Assembly (NCBI RefSeq): GCF_009914755.1
Contig: NC_060925.1
Strand: one strand, 5' to 3'
Length of the DNA: 64,000 bases
Source: the human T2T-CHM13v2.0 reference genome, Homo sapiens
This document shows, in pieces, positions 1 through 17,497 of this stretch (within the stretch, counting starts at the first letter, position 1; the number at the start of each line of letters is the position of its first letter). A model generated the notes under the pieces. The model worked only from the letters and a program-made list of their open reading frames with translations, did not search any database and was not told where the DNA came from. The position numbers were made by a program, and so were the translations under genes.

Positions 1-285
1 GCAGTTCTCTCTAGGTGGTGGGTTCTTAGTGATTTAAATTTTCTTCCTTAAACTTTTTATATTACTTAATATTTAAACAATGAGAAATAGTATTATAATA
101 AAGTAATAAATAAAGCTACTGGGCTTATAATTGAGTGAAGCAAGACATTACTGAGCTACGCACTATCCCAAGAAGTCAATATGAGATGTCAGACACTCTG
201 TGAGATATCTCTGATTTCAACTGTATGAAAGGACTAATCTACCAAAGGTTACTGTAATCCCTGGGCCTTGCTCAGAACATAGGAA

Positions 286-420
286 GGCCGGGTGTAGTGA
301 CTCATGTCTATAATCTCAGCACTTTGGGAGGCCAAGACAGAAGGATTGCTTGAGCCCAGGAGTTCAAGACCAGCCTGGGCAAGAAAGTGAGATCCTATCT
401 CTACCAAAAAAAAAAAAAAA
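286..420 (+). mobile_element. Alu left monomer (FLAM-like)
   Basis: ggccgggtgtagtgactc...cagcactttgggaggcc...ctctac + poly(A). Confidence 0.85.
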
Positions 421-693
421 CCCACAGAAAATTTTACTTTTGTGGCTAACATGGAAAGGCAAAATGAGAGCCATGGAAAGATGAGTACAATATACCACTG
501 AGTAAAATAACAGCAAGTTACAAGACTACATGTAGATCACAATTTCATTTACTATAAAATGTATACGTACATATGTATATAGGAAAAGAGATGTTTGAAA
601 AGAAGTTCACTAATCTTTGGGTGGTAGTAGTTCAGGTGATTTTTTATTTTTTATATAGCTTTCTGTAACATTTAATTTAAAAAAATAAGTAGA

Positions 694-808
694 TGCCAGG
701 CACAGTGGCTCACACCTGGAATCATCACACTTCAGGAGGCCGTGGCAGGAGAAATGCTTGAACCCAGAAGTTCAAGATCAAGCTGGGCAACATAGTAAGA
801 TCCCGTCT

Positions 809-849
<41 letters not shown>

Positions 850-1007
850 TTAATTAGCTGGGTGTGGTGGTGTACACATGTAGTCCCTGCTACTCAGGAG
901 ACTGAGGTGGGAGGATCACTTGAACCTAGAAGATCAAGGCTGCAGTGATCCGTGATCACGCCACTGCACTCCAGCCTGGGCGACAGAGACAGACTCTGTC
1001 TCAAAAA

Positions 1008-1012
<5 letters not shown>
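694..1012 (+). mobile_element. AluJ-like element with (CA)n in its central linker
   Basis: Both Alu arms recognisable; J-type ggatcacttga/aggctgcagt. Confidence 0.9.
810..847. repeat. (CA)19 microsatellite
   Basis: Direct read. Confidence 0.95.

Positions 1013-1013
<1 letters not shown>

Positions 1014-1053
<40 letters not shown>
1014..1053. repeat. (GT)20 microsatellite
   Basis: Direct read. Confidence 0.95.
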
Positions 1054-1056
<3 letters not shown>

Positions 1057-2580
1057 CACACACCATATATATCATTTTTATAAAATTAATAGATATTTTC
1101 TCCTCTTATATACAGTAACAGTGACCATCAACATTAGTTAAATAAAGGCCATTTTCTCCCTCAGAGGCTAGAAAACCTCACTGGACTGAGAATCCGAGTT
1201 TCATCGTTGTTTTACCTTCTCATACCATCCCAAAGCAACCCCAGTGTGGTGCTTCCTTCTTTGTGCTGTTTAGCCCAGAGGGGGATATCCTTCAAGTACC
1301 ATTACTACAGCCCCTTTCCAAAATTCAGGGAGGAGTACTGAGGTTAATCAAAATAACTCAGAGAAAGAAGTACCGACACTTGAAAATTCTACTTGATGAA
1401 TTTGCATAAGATAACCACCTAGAAGTACAACATACTGCTGTTACAAGATTGATTTCTTGGCACTGTGTATGAGAGCAAACCTTGTGAATTTAAACAAATC
1501 ACAAGACAATTGTTAATCATATATAATGTGAATTTGCTAAGAGTGAGTGAATGGTACCAAGCACATTTTCATAAGTCTTTATTCAAGGTCCACCAGTTTT
1601 ATTGAACTACATCAGAATTTTACTATTTAGCTTCAGTTGCTTAACCAATATAACTTGGAAAACAACTGGGATATCTAAAACTTTCAAGGATGCTGGAAGG
1701 ATTATAAGAAAAGAAAGTATATTCCTGGAAGAATGGAACTATTAAAAGGATTCACAAGTTTCTATTAGAAATCCTACCATAAACTGATAAGAAAGCCTTA
1801 CTTTTCTCATCTAGAAAATGAAAATGATAACAATAAAACCTATCCACAAAAGATTATACAGAGTTACACTAGATAATGTATATATTTATTATAGAGGGGC
1901 TCAATTAGTGTTATTTTTATTGCATAGCTTAAAAAGTCATGGCATACATAAAATAATGCCCAGTATAATGCATTTGAGAACTTTAGATCTATTACATAAT
2001 AATGAATTCCACACACAGAGGTTAATAACTACTCAATCTATTATCTGGCCATGCCAAAAAGAAAAGATGGCAGGTCCTGTTTATAAAATCAGCACCTCGT
2101 GCTATAATCTGCAGGCTTCCTTCTATGCTGTTTTCTAGGCTTCAAATGTTAAGCTTATATGAATCACACTTTATAAAGTAGCATTTGACATATTACCTTT
2201 TATGTTTCTTGTTAAATTACATCTACAAACAAAGGTTTATTTCTATTACATCAAAACTCTGAGCTGCTCATAGTTAATCATGCATGCTCTAATTTAATAA
2301 GTGGCCTTCACTGTGTTCCATGGAGCTTTAAGAGTTTCATGTGGGATGAATAACAGGCTCAAGTATGTAAAATTATCAGACCTGCATTCCTGTTTCAATC
2401 AGAAAGGCTCAATTTTTATTTACTTATCATAACGGGCATCTAGTTTCAGATTTCATTTGAACATAAGATTTTGACGCTGTTTTATAAATTTAAAAATCTT
2501 TAACAATTACTTCCCTCTATCAGGGAATGGAAGTTTCTACTGTAGTGGTGGTTTTTGAGTCAACTAGATATGGGTGGAAA

Positions 2581-2892
<312 letters not shown>

Positions 2893-5783
2893 TGAGTTGG
2901 AAAGTTTTAAAGTGCCACTTCCTATGTGCCTTTGCGCAAGTCAGTTAACTAAATTTAGTTTCCTCTTCTGTAAAATGAGCAAATATCTACATTATTGAGT
3001 TTTAATAAGAATCAAATAACATACTGACTCTAAAGTTCTTAGCACAGTATCTGATACCCAGGTCAAAATAAACAGGAGGTGTGATGATGATGATGATGAA
3101 GATGACCAGGGGTGATTAATTCAAAGAGAAAAGGAAAGATTGCTCTATTTACAACCTCACAAATACATGACTATCTACCATAAAAGTACAGAGCTGTTCC
3201 GGATTATTCACGTGTAATGATAATGATAATAGTAATAATAGCAATTACCATTTATTGGAAACCTACTATGTAAACTCATTTGAAAGCTTTAAATACTCAA
3301 AATAACTGTATAAGGTAGATATGTACATAAGGAAACTAAATCTCACAGAATTAAGTAACTTGCCCAAGTATTAGAACTAGGGTTTGGACTTCACTTTCTT
3401 AAAAACTCACAATGAATGAAGCGAATAGATTTTCGTTCATTTTGGTTCTCAGGGTTTATTGTAGTTTTTTATTTTTATGGGTTTTGGTGAGGGAGGTAGG
3501 TGGTAACTCACTACACCCTGCTGCTAGAAATGACATTATTTAATACCAAAGTGGAAGCATTAATTTCACTGTTGTCATTGTTTAGAGACCTTAGACATGC
3601 AGACACAGAAAGAACACTTACTAGTAGTAAAAGATATCAAACTACAAATAAAAGCATGGCTATATTAAGAGAATCATTTACTAGGTATTAATTACATGTC
3701 AGAACCTGTGCTAAAGAAGTGGTTTAATTTATGTCATTTCTAATAGATGAAGAACTCAAAATAAATCAGTTTCACCAATCAGCCAACTACATAATGAATC
3801 CAGCTCTGCTTGTAAAAGAAAGTCACCAGCTTTGGTTCTTCTTTCTGCAAGATCAGCACCCTTTGCCCCAATGCAATAGACTCTCTTTAAAAATAACTCA
3901 CAAATACTCTAAGGTAACTTGTAGAATGAGCTATCACTTAGACTCCTCTTACTTCATTTTCTCTTTCTATAAAAATCAAGATAAAACCACCTACCTACCT
4001 ACTCTTCAATAATTACCACAATTATAATTTATGGTTTAATTATAGGTCTTGTCAACTTAAAATAGCTCTGTGATCCCTAATATCCATATTCTGAATTTTC
4101 TTCATGCTTGCCAAAGAAAAACAGCAGCATTTTAGGGCCAGTCAGTGCCAATACCAAGCAGCACTGCCCATCTGCTATGGTATCAGTAGCAGAGCCTAGG
4201 ATATCAGGGAACTGACTTGAATCCTAATTCTGAAAACAGTGTAACTGACATGATGGTTCTGACATTGTTACCCCAGTTAAAAGACTTCACCGAGAAAGGT
4301 TTAGAAAGAACTGGATCTCATACACACTTTTAAATTATGTTCAAGAGTATATTTGTACAATTCTGCATAAGTTGCTAATCTCTGATCCTAATCCTTATCT
4401 CTAAAAGGACAGTCTTGATGAAATCTAATCTCTTTTTAAAATGCTCTGCTTTTTCTATGACTTGTGATTAGAGTCATTTCTAACTCTAAAATTCTACAAT
4501 TCTTCAGTATATAAAATACTGACACACTGTGTATCTATAAACAAGTATTTCAAGTTGATCTAGAACAGTTTTTAAAACTATAGGTCATCACCCATAAGTT
4601 GGCAATAAAATTGATTTAGAGGACAGTGAACTGAATTTAAAAAAAATAAAAGAATGTATCAGAATAAAACACTGTTGTAAAACTTGTTTCTGTTATATAT
4701 AAAATATATACATACCTATGTATGTACAGGTTTTCTATGTAAAATGTTTTCTATGTTTCTTACTTATATTCAAAAAAGTTTGAAACTGTCTATAAAAATC
4801 TTTAGAACTATGGTCAATATGTTAATATCTAAAATATATATTTATACACATATTATCTGTATATACGTTAATTTTAGCTAAAGCCACTGTAACACATTCA
4901 AAACAGATAAAGAAGTGTCTTTATTTTTTTTCCACTTCATAAAATCTATGAAATGATTACACACCTCCTTCCCTCCCCCATCAACCCTCTGTTGACTCTC
5001 TAATATCACCTAACAAACTATGAAAAAAATCAGCATTTCATTGCCACTTAATCCTTGGTCATTCTGACAAAAAGTGCTCACAGGTGCCCTGGTAATCAAG
5101 GTGAGTTTCATGATGAGGGTTGCCCAGGCTCTACAAGTCTACCCAGGCTCTCTGGGATGATAACCTAAATTTCAAGTAGTAATTTGAGAGCTGAAGAACG
5201 GGGATAGAGAAAAGAGAGTAATTTTCAATGAGGACATTAGATGCCACATTTAAACAATTCAGTTAACTCTCAGTAGAGAATGAAAGACTTTACTCATAAT
5301 GGTTCTTTATTATCAGCCAGCCTACAAAGCTTATGGAGCTCAGTCCGACTGAGGCCACCTACAAAGCTGGAATGTTAATAGGCTTATTTCCAAACATGTC
5401 CCAGGAAAACTAAGACTACAGTGTGGCTGGAATTAACTTTGTTCCTCACAGCTTATAACCTAATAGAAACAAAAAAAACACTTGAATATTTAAAAAAAAA
5501 AAAGGGTGGGTGTCTAGGTAAAGGAATTCATCTTCCTGGCTAGACAGAACAGATGGATAAATTATTTTAATGCCATACCTCTCTCTTCCAAGAGACAGCT
5601 TCATAACACACTTTTACTATTTATTCCATCACCACCTCAAACTGTCCTCTTGTGATCTCTTCGTCTGTATTATTCATTACTACTTCACTTCAGCAAATTG
5701 TCATTTGAAAAATAAATAACAGATATCCCTTCTAGCACAGAAGAGGAAATTAACTTCTTACCCTTAAATACTGTGGGCTTCAT

Positions 5784-6093
5784 GACTGGGTGCGGTGGCT
5801 CACGCCTGTAATCCCAGCACTTTGGGAGGCTGAGGCTGGTGGACTGCTTGAGGTCAGGAGTTCGAGACCAGCCTGGCCCACATGATGAAACCCCGTCTCT
5901 ACTAAAATACAAAAATTAGCTGGGCGTGGTGGCGAGCGCCCATAATCCCAGCTACTAGGGAGAGGCTGGGGCAGGAGAACTGCTTGAACTCTGGAGGCGG
6001 AGGTTGCAGTGAATCGAGATCGCACCACTGTTCTCCAGCCTCAGCAATAGAGCAAGACTCTGTCTCAAAAATAATAATAATAATAATAATAAT
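5784..6093 (+). mobile_element. Alu (S-like) with (AAT)n tail
   Basis: Alu consensus; flanking repeat tgggcttca at 5774-5782 and 6095-6103. Confidence 0.93.
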
Positions 6094-6477
6094 TTGGGCT
6101 TCAATTCAGAAACTAGAAGTAGATACTTAATCATTTATTAGAATCATTTCATCTACTCATTTAGCAACAATTTTCTGAGTGCTTTATTTATATGCCAAAC
6201 ACTCAAAAGATGAAGACACAGCCCTTGCAATCCAAGGCATCTCTGACATGAACAATATAATGCTGTATCAGTCTGACTTTGGAGGTCACGCGCTCCAGGA
6301 AAAAATAAATGTGTCATCCCTAATATAAATAAACCATAGCTTGAATGAATGAATGAATGAATGAATAAAGCAATAAACCAACTCAGGATAAAACATGAAT
6401 CCAAATAAATACAAGATCTACCAAGAGGGAGTTTGCTGTTTTTTTCACCACGGGTCCAGCCCCCATAGTAGCAATTA

Positions 6478-7543
<1,066 letters not shown>

Positions 7544-7684
7544 TGAAATATCCTTTCCTATCCCCAATACCATCATCTTTTTCCTAATAAATTCTTCCCA
7601 TTAATCAAGGCCTAGTTCAAAGACTTCCTTATTCAGAAAGACTTTGCGGAAGCCAAAAGTACTTGTATTACAACATTCAAACCC

Positions 7685-8021
7685 TTTTTTTTTTTTTGGT
7701 TTTGTTTTTTGTTTTTTTGAGACAGGGTCTCCCTCTGTCACCTAGGCTGGAATGCAGTGGCAGAATCATGGTTCACTGCAACCTCCGCCTCAGGTGAGGC
7801 TCAGGTGATCCTTCCACCTCAGCCTCCCCAGTAGCTGGGACTACAGGCCTGTACTACCACAACCAGCTAATTTTTTTTTTTTTTTTTTTTTTTTTTTTGG
7901 TAGAGATAGGGTTTCACCACGTTACCCAGGCTGGTCTCAAACTCCTGGGCTCAAAGCAATCCACCAGCCTCAGCCTCCCAAACTGCTGGGATTACAGACA
8001 TGTGAGCCATCTGGCCTAGCC
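7685..8021 (-). mobile_element. AluJ-like element with expanded central poly(T)
   Basis: Reverse-complement Alu consensus. Confidence 0.9.
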
Positions 8022-8127
8022 TCAAACTCTCCTAATACTGATCTATATGCATCAGTTTCCCCAATTAATTCATAATACTGGCTCTTCACCATGGCTGCAT
8101 CTCCTAAGAAGCTTTAAAAAAATGTGT

Positions 8128-8288
8128 TAGCCAAGCGTTGTGGCACATGCCTATGGCTGCTACTCAGGAGGCTGAGGTGGGAGAATTGCTTGAGCCCAGG
8201 AGTTTGGGGCTGCAGTGACTTATGATCACACCACTACACTCCAGTCTGTATGACAGAGCAAGACTCTGTCTCTTTAAAAAAAAAAAAT
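8128..8288 (+). mobile_element. Alu right-arm fragment within MER5-like sequence
   Basis: ttagccaagcgttgtggc...gactctgtctc + poly(A). Confidence 0.8.
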
Positions 8289-9610
8289 GCCCAGCCACAG
8301 ATATTTTCTAAAAACTTCCCAATAGAGTTTTAAATGAGCCAGAGTTGAGAACAACTGCCTTATAGGCTTTTTAAGGATAGACCCCTACATTCACCTGTAT
8401 AACCTGTCTAAAAGCCAGCATACTGTTTGGAAGATACTATTCAATAAATGCTTTGAAAACGGAATCACTGTCAATTCTTACTTCTAGACACAAGATAGGG
8501 AGCCTTTATCCTACTGTTTCATTAAGCTTCTCTGACTTTAAGTTTTGTTTCTTTTGGGGCAGAGGAACAAATAAAGATGGTCAATGTGTCCTACAGTCTT
8601 GACAGAATTAAGTCTCTCTAGATGGCAGGAATATAGGCAACTTTTATGTCCTTCTTTTTGCTTGTTTTTAAATAGAAAAAAGAAGTTTTTGCTGTTTTCT
8701 TTCTAATGCATATTTTAAAATTGGGATATAGTAGAAATGATCTTTAAAATAAACTTTAAACCAGAAAGACCCCAACAGGAATTTCAGTTCCATCACTTGC
8801 TGTGTGATTGTAGACAACATTCTTTTAGTTCCCCTTAGCCTTAATCTCCATTATCAGTAAAGGGCGGTTGTTTGTTGCAAAAAGTAAATGAGACACAACA
8901 TGTAAATTACTTACTCCACCTGATTTATTCACAAAGTCTGAAGACTAGAGGACAAGCTGACAAGGACATCTGGGGCAGTATGAATTAACTAAATTAATTG
9001 AGCTATCATTCCCATTCTTCCAACAACAATCACTGTAGGAGATTTTTCCTTCCTTTTGTCAGTGGCCTCAACTTTTAAGTGCTTTTTGAAAGGTAGTTTT
9101 GGTAAAAGGCTGAATACTTTGTGATGAAGCAACCTAATCCCAGACTTTTACATTCTGAGACCAATAGTAACTTTCTTTTTATCTTTCCTGTACATCTCAG
9201 TTCACTCAAGTCTAATATGAGCTAAGGTTCTAAGGTTTTAGGCAAACAATAAAAAATTGTTGCAAAATCTCTTGCCAGTGCAGAGCATAGCTATAAAAGT
9301 AAAACATAATCCCTGTTTTCTGAAATACATTCCAGACAAAAGTGATCTGTTTAATGGCCTCACCTTCATGAATTTTGGTCTAATTTGTGTTGGTAAATCA
9401 GTTAGCAAGCTCCACTTGATCAGGAAATTTTGTTGCACCTGACTATGTGCCTAAACGAATAATCAAGAAATGTAGAAATGATTCGTATTCAAAACTGTGG
9501 AAATTTTAGCAAATGAGGAAAAAAGTGCCCTTAGCTGCATTAAATAACTCTAAGTAGAAAACCAAAGCAGGTAAGGGTAATCTTGAGATTTCCAGTTGTG
9601 TTCTAATTAA

Positions 9611-9945
<335 letters not shown>

Positions 9946-11262
9946 TGTCCATTTTCTAAAGTTTGAAACTGCCTCCTCTGTTTGACTAAGTGTCACCTTC
10001 ACAATTTCCCCAACATAGCACCATGAAGTACTAGCCATTAAACCTTTCCTTTAAAAATGTCCTCTACTGCTCCCTTCAATAGTTCATCTTCCTTTGTTTT
10101 GGGATTTTGGATGACCTCTTCACTCCAATAATATTGTCTGTGCTTAGACATGTTACATAACTTTTAACCATAGTTGTCCCAAAATGATTAACTGCTAAGT
10201 TTTCATTGTCTAAGTTTCATCCTTTAAATTATCAATTTAACGTATCTTTACTCATGAGTCTAATTCTACTATTACAAAACTACAATTTAGATAATGAAGA
10301 TGGAGGAGAGTAACACTGCCAACCTTGCAATAACAACTAAAAACAAAAAGAAAGGCAAATAGGGGAGAGGGGGAAGACCAGATAGTTTCTCTTTAACTTA
10401 TTCTAAATAAGAAACCTGCATTTTCTCCTTTAAAAGACATCAACCCAGGGGGAATGCCCCACTCACACTATTATCAGCATCATAATAACAAACCTCTACT
10501 GCTGTGTTACACACCACGCTAAGCACTTTCTCTAAATTCTCTCTATTTAATCCAAACCACAAACCTAAGGTAAATGCTTCTATCATCTCTATTTTACAAA
10601 CAAGGAAACTTGGCCTTAAAGAAAGGTTAAGTGAATTGTCCCAAGTTATCACAGGATTGGCAGAAGAAGGATCTGAATTCATAAATTCTGAATCCGCCAC
10701 ACTAAAATGCCTGGTTTCTTCAATCAGAAAACTGCTATTAATCATCTACTATCTTCCAGGTTAATTCTAATGCTTGCAGTAGCTTTTCCAATCTGCACTG
10801 AGGTGCTTTTACAGGGCATTCATGAAGAGATAAAGACTACAGTCTCCAGCACTTAACTAATGGGTCTCCAAGGCAGATCCTTTTCTTTTTCAGTGTTTCC
10901 AATGACAGCAAAAAATGCTTCCTTGATATTTTGAATCTTGAAGGGAAACATCCTACAGGCAAAAATGTACCAATTACAGACCCTTATTAATTGTCCATAC
11001 TCCAACTTCTCACTTCACGTAACATCTGCTATGTGAGCAACGGGAATTGATTTTATTATGACCAAGGTGCCTTTCACAACTCTTTGGATCAGTGCTTGTG
11101 TTTTCTTGAGCTACAAAGTCAAGGGAAAACAGATGTTCATTTTTAAGTTCTAATTTAGATTTAGGCTTTAAATTAGAATCAAGTTTCAATTAAACAACTA
11201 ATAGGCAGTTATTTGCACAACATTGTTTTCAACCAGCACGGAGGTGACAAAAAGAATAAAAT

Positions 11263-11592
<330 letters not shown>

Positions 11593-11603
11593 GAATAAAA
11601 TAA

Positions 11604-12020
<417 letters not shown>

Positions 12021-14689
12021 CTAAAGGCTAACAAAGATATCAACAGATATATATGGGAAGATTATTCCAAGAAGAGAATAAGTCTTTGAGTACATGTCAA
12101 CAGATGAGACTGTGGATATGCTGGACTTAAGACTATTAGATTAATATGAATGGAGCTTGGTTATGTGGAAGTGGTAAGGGGAAGAAGGTTTGTAGTAGGA
12201 TATAAGGCTGTCAAGGAGGTAAAAACCAAACTTCGTGAGGCTCTGAATATCAGGCAAAATAGGTGGAATGTTTAAAAAAATCTAAGAAAGGTAGTAAATG
12301 TCTGTCAAAACACATGCTACAATGATGAAAGGATAAAAAAGTTTTTAGAGATAAAGATCTGTTTTACTGAAAGTCTGGCCTTCAACTATTAACATACAGT
12401 CAAATTTTAGCCTGCTTAAAACTTACACACTGGTATCTGTTTTAAAATTAATGCTTTTCCTGAAATCTAAGAAAAAAACTTTTGAGAGTAGACAGAAGAA
12501 ATCTTTTTCTCCTCTCCTTTTGTTTTAGGATTTAGTTAACAATAGCTCTATTCAAACCAACTTGGCCCTTCTGCAGTCTTCTAAGAGCAAATACAAACTT
12601 TAATACAAATGTCGCTGAATATGACTTAGCATTAGCTTTGCTTAAAAATCATGTAATTTTTTTTATTTAACTGTCCATGGCAAAAAACAAGCATTCAGTA
12701 AGTAATGAATAAGTTGTTCTATTTATTTCAATTATTAGTTATACAAAAAAACGTAGGGTTTGCCACAAGGTAAGCAGAGGAGAATCAGCCATGATTTGGT
12801 GGTCCTCTGAGAAGACACCCCTTCCCCAGACTACTAGATTTCTCTTCAAATCCCACGCTTTTCCTCAACTAATTTGCAATAAGAGAAGTACACTTATGTT
12901 TTTTGTTACACAATCAGCAAATAGTTACTACGCCTGGCAACTCTGCTTTATTTCTGTGCCCCCTGAACACACTTCACTCACCTTGAAAAGCTTTCTGATA
13001 GGACAGAGCACATGATCTTGGTAGCACGTCACACAGCAACCTTCTACCCAGAGCACATGACAAAACAGATCAGCTTTCAAATATCAACACTGGGAACATG
13101 TTTCTCTCCCTGTGTTTCACTATCCGGAAAGGCGCACAAACTGTGCAGATCACATGGCAGTTCACATGAAACTTTAATGGTCAGCTGTTCACAGCAGTAT
13201 CAATTCTGCCTCAGTGGCTACACCTCAGATTCAGTGGTTGTTTTGGGTCTCCAGAATCATACTTTCTCATATCAGTGCAGTAATTTTCTTGTAAAATCAT
13301 TCTGTCATGAAATTTGGCTGTTTTGACATTATTGCTTTAAATCAGTATTAAAACTCAAATAGGTTATGAATAACTGTTACGGTCGCTTATGTAATGATCC
13401 ACAAGACTGAGAAACGGCCCAGCCACTCCATCCCACAACTGGCAGGTCAATAGGGTAATTTAAGGCCAGGCAAAAAGTCAGTGATACTTGCTAGAAGTGA
13501 ACAAATGTCAGACTCTCAAGTGAAACCCTCAATACGTAAGTCAATACTGATTCTTAATTCTCTCTCAAGTGCCCTTGAAAATGACGGAGCATTGCAACAA
13601 ACAAACTGCAAACAACAAACTATGAGTAACTATATCTCGCCAGTGTGCAAATGATTCCGGTAGTGCCATCTCTTGTTCTGACCTGTTATGCAGGGTTACT
13701 GAGTGGCTACTCAAAAGAAGTGACTGACTACTACCCACATAGAGAAGAGTAAGGTTTAAATGGGAGGAGTATTTTACAGCACCTGGGGCAAGGAGGCAGG
13801 GTGGAAGGAACAGGTGTAGGAAAAAAGAAAAAGCTCTCAAGTGGCCCCTTGACTGATAGTAGGAAAAAGAACATGAGACCTCAGCTTTCACCCTTTGTTG
13901 TATTCAAGGAAGAGGGTGTTGAATCGGCTTTATTTCGGTTTTGTGGAAGTACTTTGGGTTTAATTTCTTTCTCAGTTTATATATTGTCTTTCTTCTGCAA
14001 AAATCAAGTGCTGGTTTTGACCATGCACTTAAATAGGTCAGCACATTTCTAAAGTACACTATGCGCTTCTGAAGTACTTTATTTGTAAGCCCTCATCTAG
14101 GGAAAAAATCAATCAGCAAGAAACTCTTGATGATGGACTACGTGCTCTCAATTACCCTGAACATCACAGAAGGCCTTCAAAGACATCACCTTGTATCTGA
14201 GAAGCAAAACTAACATCTGTGAAGCAACAATTCGCAATACAAGAAACACTATAATTAAAAGTCAATTATGTTTCACCATCTGCCTTTATCCCTGGAGGTT
14301 GGTCTTAAGGTAGAGAGGGGCAGGATATCCTTGGACACAACCTCACCCAATTAAAAATCAAGACAAATTAAGATGTTCTGTACTTCTGTCCTGTCCTTAC
14401 TTGATTAAGCCCACCCATTCTGCCAAATGCAAACAAAGTAAGGTATGGACAGGAAGCAGGTGAAGGAGGTAGAGGGAAGATCCTTTCAGAAAAGCAGTGG
14501 TTGCCTACTTTCAGTCAATGAATATTTACTAAGCCGTGTCCAAAGTACACTTTGCTGTTTTCACTTCTTTGTCAAAATATTGCCCCCTCGCCCCCAGCAG
14601 GAACTGCTGGACCAGTCTGGGCAGTCACGCTAAGCCACATTACAACACGATCAGCATACTGCCTGACGCACAAGGCACGGGGCCTCTGG

Positions 14690-15680
<991 letters not shown>

Positions 15681-16524
15681 CTCCGGAATGTCCATTCAGT
15701 TTCCGCTCCTGAGAGACTTAGTGACTGAGGCCAGGCAAAGATTTCACCTTGGGGAGGGGGAACGTTAAACCTTTCCTCCAGCAGCTTTCGTGTTTTAAAT
15801 TGTATTCATCCGCCATGGAAAGACATCAGAAGCCCAGGATCTAAGAGACAGACTGAAATGAAGAAAGTAGATAATATTGTGAGAATAATGAACAAGCTGG
15901 TCACTGAACAGCAGAACCGTAATGGAGTCCCAGTTAAAGGGTTTTAACTTTATTTCGTCACTTTTTGCAAGCATGATACAAAGAAAACAAACACCTAACT
16001 ACGCTACGGTTTATAGTTAAAAGGAAGGTGGAAGATCCTGAGTCATTACAGCAATCACAAAACATGATGGATTTCTTCATTTAAAAACAAAAAAGAGGTC
16101 TTGGCATAGTTTTCAAGGGCAAAGCATGACAAGACTCTCCAGTGCTTTCTTTCGTCCCCCTCTGTGTGCCTTTTTCTGCCTGACTCACAGCCTGGCTCAA
16201 TCCTAATCTTTCTACTGCAAAGATGCAGCATTTAAAGCAATTTTTCCTGTGCAGTATTTGTAGAATGACAGATCCTGCCAGAAGCTCTTGGAAACATTTT
16301 GGAACTATCTTGCTTTTCTGTATGTTATGATCCATCTAGCACCGTTTTCCTCCTGTGGTAGCAAATGACACTTTTTTCAAGCATCAGCAGCAGAAATGAG
16401 TCTACCAGATGGAATAAGATACTGGTAAAGGGAAAGATTTGTTTCTAAGACTGCACAAATGAATGCACCCAAATCTGTGAGTTGATTAATCTGTGAAGAA
16501 ATACAACTGGCAGTATTTACATAT

Positions 16525-16845
16525 CTCAATGAGTCTCAAAGTGTGGTCGAGGAAGCCCTGGGGGTCCTTGGGACCCTTTCAGAGGTTCCACGAGCTCAAA
16601 TCTATTTTCATAACCATGCTAAGTCTTTATTTCCTTTTCCACTCCAGAGGCTATATAATGTCTGATGACATCATCGCTTTATAGGATGAGAGAATACGTG
16701 CTTGTATATTCTTGTGTTTGTAAGACTTTCCAGGTTTAATTTATTACCATATGGCAATTTTCAATAAGTATAACCCACAAAACCCAACAGATTTTTGGGG
16801 CACCTCTAACAAGGGTCCTAAGACCAAAATGTTTGAGGACTGCTA
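16525..16845. mobile_element. hAT-Charlie-type DNA transposon remnant
   Basis: Ends resemble hAT/MER termini (ctcaaagtgtggtc... and ...tttgaggactgct); family uncertain. Confidence 0.45.
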
Positions 16846-17037
16846 ATCGATATTATTCAATTGTCTAGTCCCCTAAACTCCAACCCTTCTTATCAGGACT
16901 ACAGAGAGAAAACAGGTGGTCTTCTTGACAATCGCTTTGTATTTACATTCAGTGCTTTAGTAGAAGAGAAGAAAGAAAGAGAAAGCAAGCCAGAGAGGCC
17001 TCGGAAAGAGAAGCCTACTTATTAAAAATAGCTTTCT

Positions 17038-17324
17038 GGCTGGTCACGGTGGCTCACTCCTGTAATCCCAGCACTTTGGGAGGCCGAGACGGGCGGATCA
17101 CTTGAGGTCAGGAGTCTCAGACCAGCCAGGCCAACATGGCGAAAACACGTCTCTACTAAAAATGCAAAAATTAGCCGGGCATAGTGGCATGCACGCCTGT
17201 AGTCCCAGCTACTTGGGAGGCAGAGGCAGGAGAGCCACTTGAACCCAGGAGGCGGAGGTTGCAGTGAGCGGAGAGCGAGACTCGCGAGTACTCGTCTCAA
17301 AAAACAAAACAACAATAACAAAAA
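17038..17324 (+). mobile_element. Alu (S-like) with rearranged 3' end
   Basis: Alu consensus; TSD aaaa(t/c)agctttc. Confidence 0.9.
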
Positions 17325-17497
17325 CAGCTTTCCATCCCTTCCCTGAGGCTTGGGTACCTGAACCACGTTAATCTGTAAATCACTGCTTCTGTAACTTTTC
17401 CTTGGTATAAATCACATAGGCAATGAGGTTGGGTATAAACAGTAATTGTCCTTGAATTGGGTAGATGTTTTCTTATTATTTTTGTCTAAGAGGTCAT

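Noticed and set aside
1818-2138. 106-aa plus-strand ORF in SLC19A2 intron 2
   Set aside because: AT-rich, begins in MIR-like sequence, no recognisable homology or splice/promoter support
13094-13103. p53 half-site gaacatgttt in SLC19A2 intron 1 (also aaacatgtcc at 5392-5401)
   Set aside because: Only isolated half-sites with no adjacent second decamer; expected by chance
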